64,000 nucleotides of DNA, taken from the NCBI GenBank assembly GCA_905331295.1, contig CAJNYD010000096.1, positions 62,001-126,000 of the forward strand, given 5' to 3'. The translations under genes and the position numbers were made by a program. Under the pieces are notes generated by a model. It searched no databases and was not told where the DNA came from. It saw only the letters and a program-made list of their open reading frames with translations. This DNA comes from Rotaria socialis. Its lineage: Eukaryota. Positions 1 to 15,000 of this stretch are shown here, piece after piece. How positions within the stretch are numbered: the stretch's first letter is position 1; each line of letters starts with the position of its first letter.

Positions 1-3000
1 TCAGCAGATCGTAAAGAAAATGAATTTGATGAATGTAAAAAAATTCTACGTTCACGAACGTTGAATGAAAATTTAACTCGTGATGAACTACTTACTAATG
101 AAATTAATGCATTAAAAAACATGATTAATTTATTGAACAGGTTTAGTAATGTACCTGGTGATGAAGCAAAAATATACGTTTCATGTTATATTCAACAAGC
201 CATGGATTACATGAATAAACTTCGAGAATTTCAATCAAATACAGCACAAGAAATTGGTTTTACATTTGTTGAATCTGAGTTTGTTCAAGCTATTCGTGAG
301 GGTTGCTGGGTTTTATTTGATAATGTTAATAGTGCGCCATCTGAAGGTCTCGAGAGATTAAACTCATTGACAGAAGATAATCCGGTATTATCATTATATG
401 AATTTGCTGATGGACAAATTTTAACTAAAAAAGATAATCCAATAATATCATCGTATAAAAATTCCAACGGACAAATTTTAACAGAGAAAATCGGAATCAT
501 TCATGAAAATTTTCGTTTATTTGCAACAGCTAATCTTAATCGAATTTATTCGAATAAACTTTCATCGGCATTTCTTAATCGAGTTATTCGTATTTGGTTA
601 CCACCAATTGATGAATGTGATGAAAAAGATCCAACAAAAAGTGATCTATATGAATTAGTTTCTACTCAACTAATGAGTATTCCAGCTGGCAAACAACTTG
701 CTCATTTATTACTTCTTATACATATTCATGTAAAGCAATACGTTAAAGATGGACAATTGGTTTATCCAACTGATTATCGCATTAGTTATCGTTTATTAGA
801 ACAATGTGTTCGAACATTAATTTCTCTCGTTAATAAAGGTATTCATCCTGTTGACGCTTGTTATTCGGCAGTTATTCGTTCATATGGTTCATCTTTATAC
901 AAGGAGCAACAATACCGATTTTTTCTTAAAGAATTACAAAAAACGATCGATAAATTAAATCTTCACTCTCCATCAATGATTTTTTCAACTCCATCTAACG
1001 AATCTGATGAAAAACGAGAACGTCATATTCAAGAAGAAACAATAATTCGTTTAGAATTTGTTGAATTCGAACGAATTTTCATAGAATATATTTTTAATTT
1101 ATTCAAAATTCTTATTCAAGATGAAAAAATGATTCATAAAACACGTAATCTTTTTATTTTATTTATCAATGAAATTCTCCTTCCAATGACAACAAACGAT
1201 TCTCAATTAATTCAATTAAAACAAACACTTCTAACAAAAAATGATGTTGACGTAAATCTTTCATTGATTTTAAATGAACTTGTTCAACAGAGAAAAATTC
1301 AACTTGAAAATTATAATGTCAATCTATCGAAAGCTGTAGAATTATTATGTGAAAAAAAGTCAATATCGATACGTGCAGCATCCGAACAATTATGTTTATT
1401 ATTAGATCGTTATATTCGTAATACATCATTCAATGATGCTAATCGACGATTAGAATTTCTTCAACGATCAATTCGAATTATTGAAACGTTTCATGATTTT
1501 TTTAGTTCAACTATATTCGATGATTTCAATCTAACAACTAGTATTAATCAACTAAGTACAGTAACCATTCGATTATTACGACCATTATTAACATTTAAAG
1601 ATCGGTTCATTTCGTATAATATGTTAACCGATACAGATTTTCTTCATATTAAACAACAATATTTTCAAGATACAAATAATGATTATAATATAAATGCAAG
1701 TCTATTAAAATCATTCGATCGTGTTCAATCATTTCCAATACGATCAGCACGAAATCACATGAGAAAACTTGTTGAACGTTTCATTAATGATGTTGATAAA
1801 CAATCGAAAATAAGAAAAACTATTCAACATTACGGAACAATATTAGAATGGATTCGAATACGTTGGACATTTGATGATTATTTAACAAACTCTATTCATA
1901 ATGTTTTACAGAAAAATGTTTCAATTACGCGACATTTTATTATCGAATGTGAATTAAAATTTTCGTGCACAGAATTAATTAGCGAAATATCAAGAATTAT
2001 TGAAAATACTGTTAGAAATTTACCTATTGAATCAAGTACATTAGATAATCAATATGTACAAAAAACAGATGAATTAAAAAGTTTACTAAATACAATAGCA
2101 AATGTTAAAAAAAGACTCGAACGAGTAAAAATTCGTTTAGATAAACAGTTGAATATGGATAAAAATCAACAGTTCTCTGTCGAAAGTGCACAAAATCGTA
2201 ATTCAACACTACTCCGTGATGGTGATGTTTTTCGTGCAGCATGTCATGAATTAGAAGTACAGCAAACTTGTTTTGAAAAACAGTTAATTCAACTAAATGC
2301 TCAATTGGGTCAGATTTCGAATGATTTTAAACAAATCCAAGGACGACGTGAACAAGCGTTAACAAGAGCGATAGAAGCAAAGCAACAATTTCAAAAAGCA
2401 ATGACAGAAATTTTTGAATCGGATTCATATAGATTTATTCGAAAATATTTTGAAGAACCTGATGAAAATGAACTTCATCGTCTGATTCAATATCTTCGTC
2501 AATCGCGATCAAATCGAGCATTGATCAATAGAGATGATTCACTCGATGTTCGAGCTACACTTGAAACACAATTTGGACGTGAATTAATTACACATGAAAA
2601 TATTCTTCGTTCGCCAATGATCTTCTTTATTTGCGGTTTCTTTTTTCTTCCAAATTTTGATCATCGTATGCGACTATATATCATGTCTCGATGGGATCAA
2701 TTATTAGACGATAAAATCGATATAAGAACATTGGACGGTAAAAATATTCTTCTTTTTTATTGTCCAAATCAACATCCGTATGATTGCGCTTTTCTCAAAT
2801 TTATTAACGAACCAAAAAAAGTATCAGTTACAGTCTTAAGTTTAACTTGTAATTTAAATGTAGATGATTTAAATGATTGTTTGTACAGAATGCTTCCGGA
2901 TGGAATGGATCATTCAATTAATCATGAGAATTTATATTCCATTCGTGATATATTACCTGATGATGATGATCTTCATGCATTTTCATTAGCTTGTTTAATG

Positions 3001-6000
3001 CAGATTTACAATCAACCAGTAAACTTCACAAGTAAACAAATCTATGAGCATGTATTGAAAATATTTAATCAATTAAAATATTTCGTTGCTAATACTCCAA
3101 TTGAAAGTCGACCATTAACTCTTTATGCTTATCAGCAAGCAGTTCGATTTCAAAATGAAATTGAAAACTATTCTAAAACCGAATTGAATGATACTAATCA
3201 ATGGTTGATCGGAGTGAAACAATTATGGATCCTATTAAAACCTTATCAAAACGTTTTTTCATTAACATATGCACAAACTATCGAACAAAATCTTCGACAT
3301 CAAATTCAATCGCTTCAACTAACAGATCTATCAAGTCGTCTTTCATCATTAGTATATTTAAAATCAATTAAAGCAAGATTTACTTGTATATCGATAATTG
3401 ATGAATATATACGTATTGGTTTTGATCAAATCGACAATCAAATTATTGATGAATTTGAATGTTTCTGTAATTTTATAAATAAATGTCGGCATTTATTAGA
3501 TTTACTTGTTCGATATGTAACTATCAAAGGTGAACAATATGCAAATGAATTACACCGATTAACACCGATAATTATTGAACATTTAGAAACAATATTTTAT
3601 TCAACGCTAGCAGGAACTGAAATTAACAATGGACGTTTATGTGTTTCGGAAAAACTAGATGCAGATAAATTGAAAGATTTTCAAGATAAACTCGATTCTT
3701 ATCTAAATGAAATTAAATTTCTATCGAATATAAAATCTCGATATGGTTTAGATCATTTCATTACTGATTTAGCATATATATTCGATGAAAATCGTTCTAT
3801 ACGAACATTATCAAATGAACAAATTGGTGAATCAAGACGCACAACATTTAATATAAGAGATCCACGTGACATTCGTAAACAGGAAATGCAAACAAAGATC
3901 GATAGAATTATTTCTAATCTAACCGAGCTTACTTCTCGTGCAGGCCAATTACCATTAAGACCACATAATCTTATTCAACGTATGCATCATACCTTACATC
4001 AATTGAAAAATTTTCATATATGCCAAGAAAATCAAGCAACAATTCAATGTTTTCTTACTGAAGAAGCAATTCTTGTTGGTTTAGTAGAAAAATTTCAACG
4101 AGAAATTAATCATTACACAGCATTTCATGTTCATTTACCTAATGATGAAGATATACACGAAATTTCGGCAGATGAATTAATTATTGAAAATGAAGAAATT
4201 ATTAAAAATGACTATTCCGATGCGTTAAAAGCCTTTCTTAAAAAAATTTCAAATCATAGTCAATCATATTCATTTACTGATCTAAGTGAAAGTATTCGTT
4301 TAATTCATGCTTACGTATCAAATCAAATGTGGATACGTACCATGTGCCTATCGAAGTCGTCGACAAATGAACAATTACGAACATATCTAATCTTATTAAA
4401 TGATGATTTAGCTATTCAATGTGGTTATGATTTTTCAAATTCAGATTCATTATTAGTCAATGTTGCGCTTGCTTATGGGCAATTTCGATGTGACATATTA
4501 ACTGAAGAAACAAAACATGAAATGCTCTCAAATTATGCTGCTGTTGCTCGTCTTACTATTGAACTTCAAGATTGGATGGGAAAGGCTCACTTAAATGTTT
4601 TTAATATATTAGAAAATATCAAAACAATAAGTGATAATCTAAATCGAGTACAAAATCAATTAAGAAATTATAATAGTGATAATATTAGTTTTAGTTTATT
4701 ACCAATTGAAATGCGTCCTGAAGATCTTATTTGTCTTTTCGCACCTGAATGCACGGCAATTATTCAATCGATATGTTCGAAAGTTAATGATATCGACGAA
4801 TTTCTTTCTAATCGTACGGCTAAAGTTGAATCAATTCCACTTTTATCTACAGTACGACCAAAAATTGAACCAGCACATGGTTTATCAAGTTACGTTTATC
4901 TCAATCAACCGTCTACACCAACGTATTTATTCGATAGATCAAAACATATTCATTATATTATCGATGGTACAATTCATTTTCTTCAAAAATTAATTAATTC
5001 ATGTATTGACATTGACTATTCCAAATGGCATCTATTACAGATTGTAACTGGCTACAAAGAATTATTTCCATTACATATGTCAATTTCATTGGCTATGATG
5101 ATTATCGTTAGTTGGTCAGCTGATTATCTTAAAGATTTTCAATCATTTAGTCATCTATTAACAATAGTAACATTAAAAGAAAAATTAAATGACATTACGC
5201 TCTTAAGAAAAAAAATTGAAGAAGAAAGAAATAAATTAACTGAATATCAAAATGAACTTCAAGAAGCAAATAAGGCAGTAGGACGGGATCGAAATGCTAA
5301 ACAGAAACGAGGAGAATGCTCTCGTAAATATATTGAACAAGAAGAAAACCTTCAACAAAAAGCTAAACAACAAGAGAATGATGTTGATGATTTACAAGAT
5401 GATTTGAATAAACTATCGAATAGTTATCATATTGAACTTAAAACTAAACAAGAACAATGTTTTGACGATGTTACTCAATGTTTGAATTTAATTTTTTGTG
5501 AACTTCGTATTTTTATAATCGATCTTATTCATTCAAATCAATCGTCATCAATGGAAACACATGCCGAACTTCTTGTAAGTATTACTTCGTTTGCTCAACA
5601 AGAACTACTCAAGCCGAAGACCAGTAGACTTGATTTGATGAAAATTATTCAAACTAAACAAATCATTGATGATCGATTGAAAGAACTTGGCAGTCATGCA
5701 AAGAATTTATCCGAAAAAGATCCTTTATATCATTATATCAGATTTTATTGTGATATTTTACGTATTTCATTTTGTTCATTGAAACATTCTTGTAACAGCT
5801 GGATAATTTACACGGAAAATATCAAATCATTAGAAATCGGATCATATCTATCGGATAATAGTAAGCGACTTTTCTGCAAATTAAACAAATCAACACATGA
5901 TCATTGTCTTGGCTTTATTGGAAAAATTCGAACATGTGATGAAGAAAGTGAAATAATGAAACATGCGCAAGAGATTAGATGTAATGTTATAAATGAAATC

Positions 6001-9000
6001 CACAGTATCGAGTCTTTATTAACGGGACAACAATTTAGTCAACAAATCCAAAGCCTTATTCAAGAATTTGAGCGGTTCGTTATTAATTTACTGATTATTG
6101 GTTGCCGTTATTTGCAATTACAACGTGGAACATATGAACCACTGGATGATTTATTAAGTGGAATTACAGTAGAAGTTATCGATCCATATTTACCACGAAA
6201 AGAACTTGAATTGCTTCAGCTACTTGATATGTGTGAAATGCAATTAAAAACTCATTGTGATACACTTTTACTTCAACGATTACATATTGCATTTGAATTC
6301 AATTCGAATCCATTTTCTCTTTTCACTCGCCTTGATCGATCAGCTAAAGCCTTAACACAATTTATTCTACCAGCGGCTCATATGATTCAACGAATGTGGT
6401 TAACAATGGCTGAATTAATTAATAAAGCCAGCTTCTTGATGACCGAAGATGAATATGAAATCGTTCTGGATGTTTGCAACGATTTTCTTCAATGGACTCA
6501 AACATCCAGTGAGATAAAACAAGAATATAATTTTATTCCATTGCAACTTAAATCTAATCGATTCGAGCAGATGTCGAAAAATATTGATAGACTATGTCAA
6601 TTATTACTTCAAACACGTTCAAAAATGAATCCATTTTGTGAAAATATGAACTATCGACGGAATTCAACATTGAAAGAAATTCTACAATGTTTTGTTGAAG
6701 CAAAAACATATGAATTATTATCGCGTAAGAAAAATTTACAAGACAAAGATATGATCCGTCTGTCCGATATTGAAAGTGTTTTAAAAAGCAAAAAAAGGAA
6801 CGTTTCAGAACAAATTAATTTTAATAATCCGGACGATCGATTTCGATGTCTTCAAACTTTATATCATTTAATCATTAATGGTATGAATAATCTTGGCTCA
6901 AATTTAATGAATATTCCTACGAGACATGTTGATCATCAGACTTTATCATTACTTGAAGATTTAATACAAAAATTTTATGACAATAGTGAACAGTTTTTAT
7001 TTGTACGATCACTAAATGAATATTTCACTAATAATCAACTGATTGAACAAGTGTTTGAATCCTTAGAAACTATTCATCGATTGGAATTAAAAATCTTTCA
7101 AGATCGATTTTCACTATCGACCGTAACTTTTAAAGAACGTTACAGGGAATTTTGCCATTCTATTGATATTCAAGATTGCATTGAGGATGCATCAAACGCT
7201 GTTGAACAATGGAAAATAGCTGGTGAACGTTTTATTGATTTACGTCGAAAACAATGGCTAAGTGATGAAAGTTTATGCAAACAAATTAGACTAGAACTAT
7301 CTGTGGCTGGCAGAAACATTCTTTCTCCCTTTCTCAAGTCGCATAGTGCAGCTGATTATGAAGCAAGCATTCTCCACTTAATAAAACAGATTCAAAAACG
7401 ACTACAATATGAACAAGTGGGTTCTGAATTTATTTTTACTTTGGCAACATCTCAAACATTAGTTCGAAAAGTCATTGATTTATATCACAAATATGTACCA
7501 TTTCCACTGCAACCACTGAATGAACGCGAATTGTTTCAAAGTACTTCTCAAGTTTTTGTCTTTGATATTGAACTCAATCATCAGTATGAATCACAGACGG
7601 TTTTTCTTCATATTTGGGAGTCAGATGAAGTAGAGCCATCGGTTAAAATTCCTATTGAAATTTTCGGAAAAAAGAAACTGCATCTTTTTGCCAATACGCA
7701 GATAAAAAAACTCTGCCTGAATACTGCCAAATGGAAAGGATACGAACAGGAATGGAGACCATTGCTTGATAAAAGTCTAATATATTCCTTTGATAACATA
7801 CAAATGCGATGTCATTCAGTTAATTCGGAAGAAGTTTTCTATACCGTTCATGTTCGTGATCATACAATCAATAAAAATGACGTTTTGTCAGTGACTGATC
7901 TTCAGAAACTTTTAAAAACTTTAGAGAAAAAATTTCAGCGACAAATCAGCCAAAAGAAAGAACAATCAGATTGGAAGAAATCAATCGTTACAAGGATTTT
8001 ACAATCAATTGTTGATAATCTACGTCAAACTAACCGACTTTTTCAATGTACACCAATATCTGACGATGATTCATTAACAAGTTGGAAAATCTATTCTATA
8101 TATCAACAATTGCCATGTTTTGATGCATTCGAAAAATCCATTAGCCTTCTTCAAGTCAATAATCTATCGTTGATGCCTATTCCATTGAAAATTGTTGAGG
8201 ACAAAAACCCTGCAATTCATTTACAACTTCATCACGTATGGACACGATCTATGAATGCAGCATATCAACTTGGCAAACGAGCATTGGCCAATGTACAGAA
8301 CCGGCTATTTTATATTCTGTACCATCTACGTTTGACCAAAGCTCATGCTATTCTATGTTATGCTTTGGAAAATGCTCGTCTAGTCAATATAAATAATGCA
8401 TGTGAACAAATATTTGAGAATATGACGAAGAACTTCAAGACATTAAATCAAAATTTTATTGGAAATAAATCTGAAACTATCAAGCATGTTGAAGAATGCA
8501 AGCGAATCATTAATGAAGCAACTCAAATCTATCGTACAATTAAAAGAATTGGAATCATTGGGAATGATATGAAACATCTTGAAATGGGAGGAATTCCTAC
8601 TGAAAGTAATATGAATGAAGCTTTTTTTGACTCACAGATGGATCGTGATGTTCATCTATGGTTAATCAATAATAGTTCATCTAATTTATTAGAGTGTATT
8701 CCACAATCAGCTATATTAGATTTTGGTATTACACGTAGTGGTGTTTATCAACGATTGATTCAACGTATTTTTATTCATAATCATTCAGGAAAAGATATAA
8801 CTTTACGAATTAAACCATTCAGTACCCATGAAAAAACATTTGATGTCATAAAAGAAAATCTACCAGTTAGTATAAACGCTATGGCTGAATTTGAAGTGTT
8901 GCTAAAACCTCCGACAGACGTTAAAATAGTAGAAGAAGAATGGAATCTTATTATTGATGAAACAATTACATTAGAGAACATTGTTAAAGTACTTGTTCGC

Positions 9001-12000
9001 ATAGTTGAAGTCGATGTTGAACTCTCATCTGACACAATCAAATTTGGTAATGTTGCTTGTGGTACTTGTCGGATTGAAGAGAAACTCTTTTTAAATAATG
9101 TATTAAATTGTCCACTACGAATCAAAGCACAATTTCAAGCTACTGAGTTAAGTATTCGCCAATCAACATTAACTATTGCTGATAAAGAACTTCATTTACC
9201 TGCGAATTCAAAGCTCCCATTTACTGTTGCACTTGAAACTTGCGATAATCATGAAGAAGACATCAACGCTGATGTTGTGCTCGCGGTTGACACACGTAAC
9301 AATCTCAAATGGATTAAAATATTGGCACATGTGAAACGAAGCTCTTTGAAAATTCTCTATCAAAATCATATTATCGTTGACAACGACTCAAAAGGCCATT
9401 TAGCAATAGATAATTTTTATCCGCATGAAGTTCGTCGAGTTCCGATAGAATTCTATAATAGTGGACTTGTTGAATACACACTTTATTTAACAACTGAAGA
9501 TCGTGCATTAGTAATAATTCATGATGCTCGAGTGAAACTATCCGCTGGAGCCAGAACAACAATAGAAATCGAAGTAAACATGCCAAGTGATAGTTTGTAT
9601 AAAATCTTCAATATCGATATTCAATTTTTGAACATTCGACGTCAATGTAAATTAACATTAACATGCAAAGCAGTTATGCCTGCACTTGAATATCATATTT
9701 CTGAAGCTGATAAACATTGTGTCATTATTATAAGTAATGAAAATGATAAAAAAGAGATCTGGGATTCAGCATTAAAGATTCTTAAACCTATAAAACATCA
9801 AGTGACTTTCCATAATACAAGCAGCTCTGCAGCAACACTTCAATTTGATCGAATTCTAATACAAGGAAATCCGTTGATGCTGCCGACATCTTGTTTTGAT
9901 ATTCAACCGAAGAAAACCGTTGTTCCTCCACAATCACAGATTGCCATAGATATCTGCTATCATCCAAAAGATTTGTGTCCTTTCCATGGTACGCTTGAAT
10001 TCACAAGTAACGCATGGGATCTTCCAGAACAAATCCCGTATAATTTGGAATTTCATAGACCCATCGTTGATACAAATCCGCGTACAATAATTGATATTGG
10101 CCTTATCGAAGCGGATAAAAATTTTCGAAATAAACTACTCTGTGTCGAAAATAAAGGGCATGCAGAACTACGGGGATTTTTTTCTGGACCCTATTGTCTC
10201 CATTCATTAGTGAAATTAGCTGATTTGGAATCTGCATCCTCCGCCTCCTCCTCATCATCGCTCCTCGCTAAAACAAACGATGGATTCATTATTGATTCGA
10301 AAAAAAAGCGTCAATTCTTTGTCAGGATTGAGTTTGATTCACAAGACACATCATCTTTACCAAATATAATTAATCTTTTTAGCTTTCGATTAGTCACGGA
10401 ATGTGATCCTGTCATCGATATTCATGGGATGTTGGTCAATCGGGAACTTAATTTTTTGGTGATTGGACATACGAGATCATTACCTGAACTTTCTCTGCCT
10501 GATGAATCAGACTATAAACAATGGTCATCATTAAAACTATTACCATCAGCTTGGCTTTATTCCATCACTACAGGCCATCAAGTTTCTGAGAAGTACACTC
10601 CTGCAATAGTAATTACCGCAATCGGTCATATTTGTGGTTCTCAACAAACGAAAGAGAAGCTACCCATAACTTTGGAAGAATGGACTACATTTTGTTCCAA
10701 TTTCACGTCTCATGATAGAACACTTGACCTAGAAATGTTCGATCAATCGAAGGATGTTAATTATTCTATTAAAATATTATCTGAATTATTTAAAAATTCG
10801 AATACTGACTCTTACTTTTACGCATTTTTCTATCACTTAGCAATGCTTAATTGTTCATTCTCATATGGTAATACTATCAATACTCATCTCTTCGCTTCAA
10901 TCAATTCTACTAAAAATACAGATGAAGTCTATGCTATGCAGTGTTATTCTAAACGATTTTCGAAATTCTATGAAAAATCGTCTAGTGACGATAGTCATCG
11001 ACAATCGATTTGTTTTCTACGTGAATGCATCAGCAACGACTCAGTCATACCCAAACATGTACTTGACTTCGTCGAATTCATGTATGAAGCTCTGAATTTG
11101 AAAACAGTGGAAGCTATCATAAAACACTTATACGCGATATTTCCTGAAAATGATACAATCAGTGAATTGCTGACAATTAAAATCGATTCTCGTGGAAAAC
11201 ATCGCTGGCCGCTACTCTTCGCACTCATTTCAGATAATATTAGAGACATTGCCATTCGACTCATCAGTGAAGACTATGAGGAACTACTGAATGTCCATTT
11301 AAGACTGATTAATGAGCAACCATCGATTTTCTGCGGACAAGCCGTATTGAAAACGGTCAAAACCAGGAATAATATGTGGAATTTACTTACATTAAATGAT
11401 AAAAATACTCATCTGGAACCGTTTTTTACTAATTATCCAAATTTCACGTCAATTTTTGCTAGATTATCAAATCAAAAACAGCCTAAAATCAGCGATGTTC
11501 TATTAGTTACGGAAATAATTTTAAAACATTTCAATCAACTTCAAGATTTCAATAAAATTGACACTATTTTTCAAGCGATAGAACCATCTGACATAAGACA
11601 AGCACTTAACGCTTTTCCTTCTCTGCGTGATAAACGGAGTGATCTTGCCTCAAATATTTTTCAACTGAAAAAATCATTCTCTGATAATTTAACCGATGAA
11701 CGAACACGTTACAATCAAATCGACAACTTCTGTACCATACTTCAACAACTGGTAATACTAAATGATGATCAATTGAAAACAGTTCAATCCAGTATAAGAT
11801 CGGCGTGGTCTCTTCTTTGTGTAGTAAGCAAAAATGATACACGACTATCGGATGTGATCGACAGAGCTCTTCATCTATTATATGCACTTGACAACAAAAA
11901 CGAGTTTGCGTTAGTTCGAGACGCTTATAAACAATTCTGTTCTACACCATCATGGACAGCAATGCAGCGTTTAACCAATATAATCCATTCTGGTTATGAG

Positions 12001-15000
12001 ATCAATAATCTCATCGAAAAACTAAATACTTCTATAGATGAAGAAGAAATGGCATCAAACGCATTTCGAATTTGTCGTTATTTATCGACTAGTAACGAAC
12101 AAGTGTTATTCGACAAGATAGAAATAAAAACTCAAGAACTATCATCAACCAAACTATCAAATATCGAACTATTAAAACAAATAGAAGAATCTGCGTCAAA
12201 CCTCATAAACAATAAAGCTCAACTATTTCTTCAGTCAATTCGAACTTTCGAACTGATACTGTCCAAGAATGCTCATGATGATCAATCGCTATTCAAAAGT
12301 CTTGCTTCAATGTGGCAGACAGTATTCGATATTACTTGTAGCAATTCGTTGCGAATTTTTGAAATCATTGAATCTATGTTAACATCGTGTCAAAATCTAA
12401 TTATTACAAAAGAAATACCGTTGTGTCAAGAACTTTACATGACAAATTTGGCAGCAGCACTCTGTATGTTGGCCAGCTACCGACAGGATACTCGTGAGAT
12501 GTCAACAGCAGTCACTGTTAAATGCACGACTCCATCTATTATGTCAATTATTCGATCACATATTCTTAATCGAAGTTCATTAACTGATGAGATCTCATCC
12601 GTTGACAAGACTGCGTTGGCTACAACACTCAAGGAGAATGCTGTTTCGAAACAGGCACCAACAATGGCCATAGCACGATTATCATCTTATACCGAGGGCA
12701 CTCTGAAGAAAATGCACGATTCAATTTCAGACTACTTCACTAGTCGGCCTCCAAAGCTATTTCATTTTGAAGTATCGGATACAGTTAAAGAAGTTATCAA
12801 TATTGCATTTATTTATCGGACTCAGATTGCTGAATGGTACGATGCTTTCATGACATTTTATGTTCTCATATTTCATTCACCGAGTTCGGCTCTATCTAGT
12901 TTAACTGCATATGGTTCTCGTATTGTGGAAAATGGTCTATGCATGCTACGTGATCTTATTGTAATCATAGCCATACTCGAACCAACCTTTACTCGTAAAG
13001 GCATTCAATTTCTTGTCGACGATTTAGCGCGCCTAGAAAATTGTTTTCGTTCTTTGTCCCTCGAAAATTATCCTAACTTGAAAATGGTACTTCGTCTACT
13101 ACATATCGATATAAATCATCCTAGTTTTAACTTTCAACTACCATCACGTACACTCACAAACAAAGGAAAAACACTACGAAAGTTAAAATTCGATCTGGAT
13201 GTGCGTGCAATTACAGCGTCTCTACAAACACTAGAGCAGTTAACAAGTAATTCAATATCGCTGGTTAACGATGATAACAACTTTATATTATCAAAGTCTG
13301 AGCATGATAATGTGATTACCAATGAAATCTATCAGAAAAATAGCAGCAACGAGACAACTACAAAAATCACAACTCAATTGATTGACACACCGTCAAGTAG
13401 CATCACAAACAATGGTCGAAGTCGTCGAGCACAACGATTAACTAATTACATGTTAAATCAGCGTACAAGTATGCAAGAGCCTACAGAAATCAGTGGAAAC
13501 AGTGCTGTCATTGGTGATAATATGGAATCGATTATTGCAAGCTCAATTCCAAGAAGTAATCTAGACTTATCACTAAGTTTTATGCGAGAATATTTGAAGC
13601 ACGATACGAAAGCAATTGATTTTTACAGATCAGCCAATCAAAGCATCACTTCCATTATACCCGAGGGTAGACTTGACAATCGATCGGAACTGCAATGGAC
13701 CAGCAAGCCCGAGCGATGGACATATCAAATGTTAGTTGAGACACCCGTTATCACTCGTATTGTTGATTTGATAATTCAAGAATTTCGTGCAAGCTTGGAA
13801 AAGATATTTAGCCGAAGCAATCTACATAAACAACATGAAATTCAGTGGTGCATAATGATCGACAATTCAGGTTCGATGAGTATTCATCGTCATGCCATTT
13901 ATGAGAGTCTTGTTGTACTCATGGAATTATTGCGTAGACTCGAGAGTAAATTTGCCGTAGCACGCTTTGGTGGACGTACAAATCAGAAAATCTTGAAAAA
14001 TCTGGACGATCTCTTTACAATACAAGATGGCCAGTATGTTCTAGAAGCGCTGACCTTTGATGAAGGTACTTATCCAGCAACAGGACTTGCTCGTGTAGCT
14101 GATCGAGTCTTTCCTGAAGGTAAAAACAATTCATCTACTGATGTTCATGTTCACCAATTCATGATTATGATAACCGATGGTTTAACAAACGAACGGGAAG
14201 ACGCAACATATCTAGGTACAACAAAAAAACATAATATCGATCTTGGCATTTTATTCATTGAAACAGACAAGGAAGCAACAAGTCAAGTACTTCTTGATTG
14301 TTTAACCCAAGTACAAAATGTTGTGATTAAATCGAATAAAATGGCGGAGCTACCACATAGTATGCCCAAGTTATTATATAAGATGATTGAGAAGTGTCTA
14401 AACGAAACGAACCCCAATGGAGAGAAAACGAATTTATTATCAACAGTACACATTGTAATACCGAGTTATGATGGAAGCACGGCAATACCCAGTAAAGTAA
14501 CTGGTGAAAATATAAAATATTCATGTGCAAACCCTTGTTCATACGCAATCAATCATTCAACATTTATCATCCCTGAATCAACTCAGGTAAGCTGTTTTCG
14601 AGAGTGATTTTCCTTCTAATGCATTGCAATGATTTGTTTCAGATTCATGCTGAATTCACAACATATGTAACACGCAATATCGACTATACAGACTATAGTT
14701 CGCATGCTATTGGCAAACTTCGACAGTATTATGAATCACTCAAGATCAGTCCATCTATCCTCGATGCTGAAAAGACTTGGCTCAATGATGAAAATCGATT
14801 TTCAGCTCTAATTGATGTCGTATCAACGGTGTTTGGTGAACTTATTTTTCGTTTTAACAGATTTACCCGAAGACGAGAAGCATTACGAGGTTCATCACTT
14901 TATATGCCTGGTGTGATCAAAGCATTGGCAACTGACTGGAATCATAAAAAAATCTTTGGTGCTAAACTTGCTGGAGGCAAACGGGATCATACCATATGTC

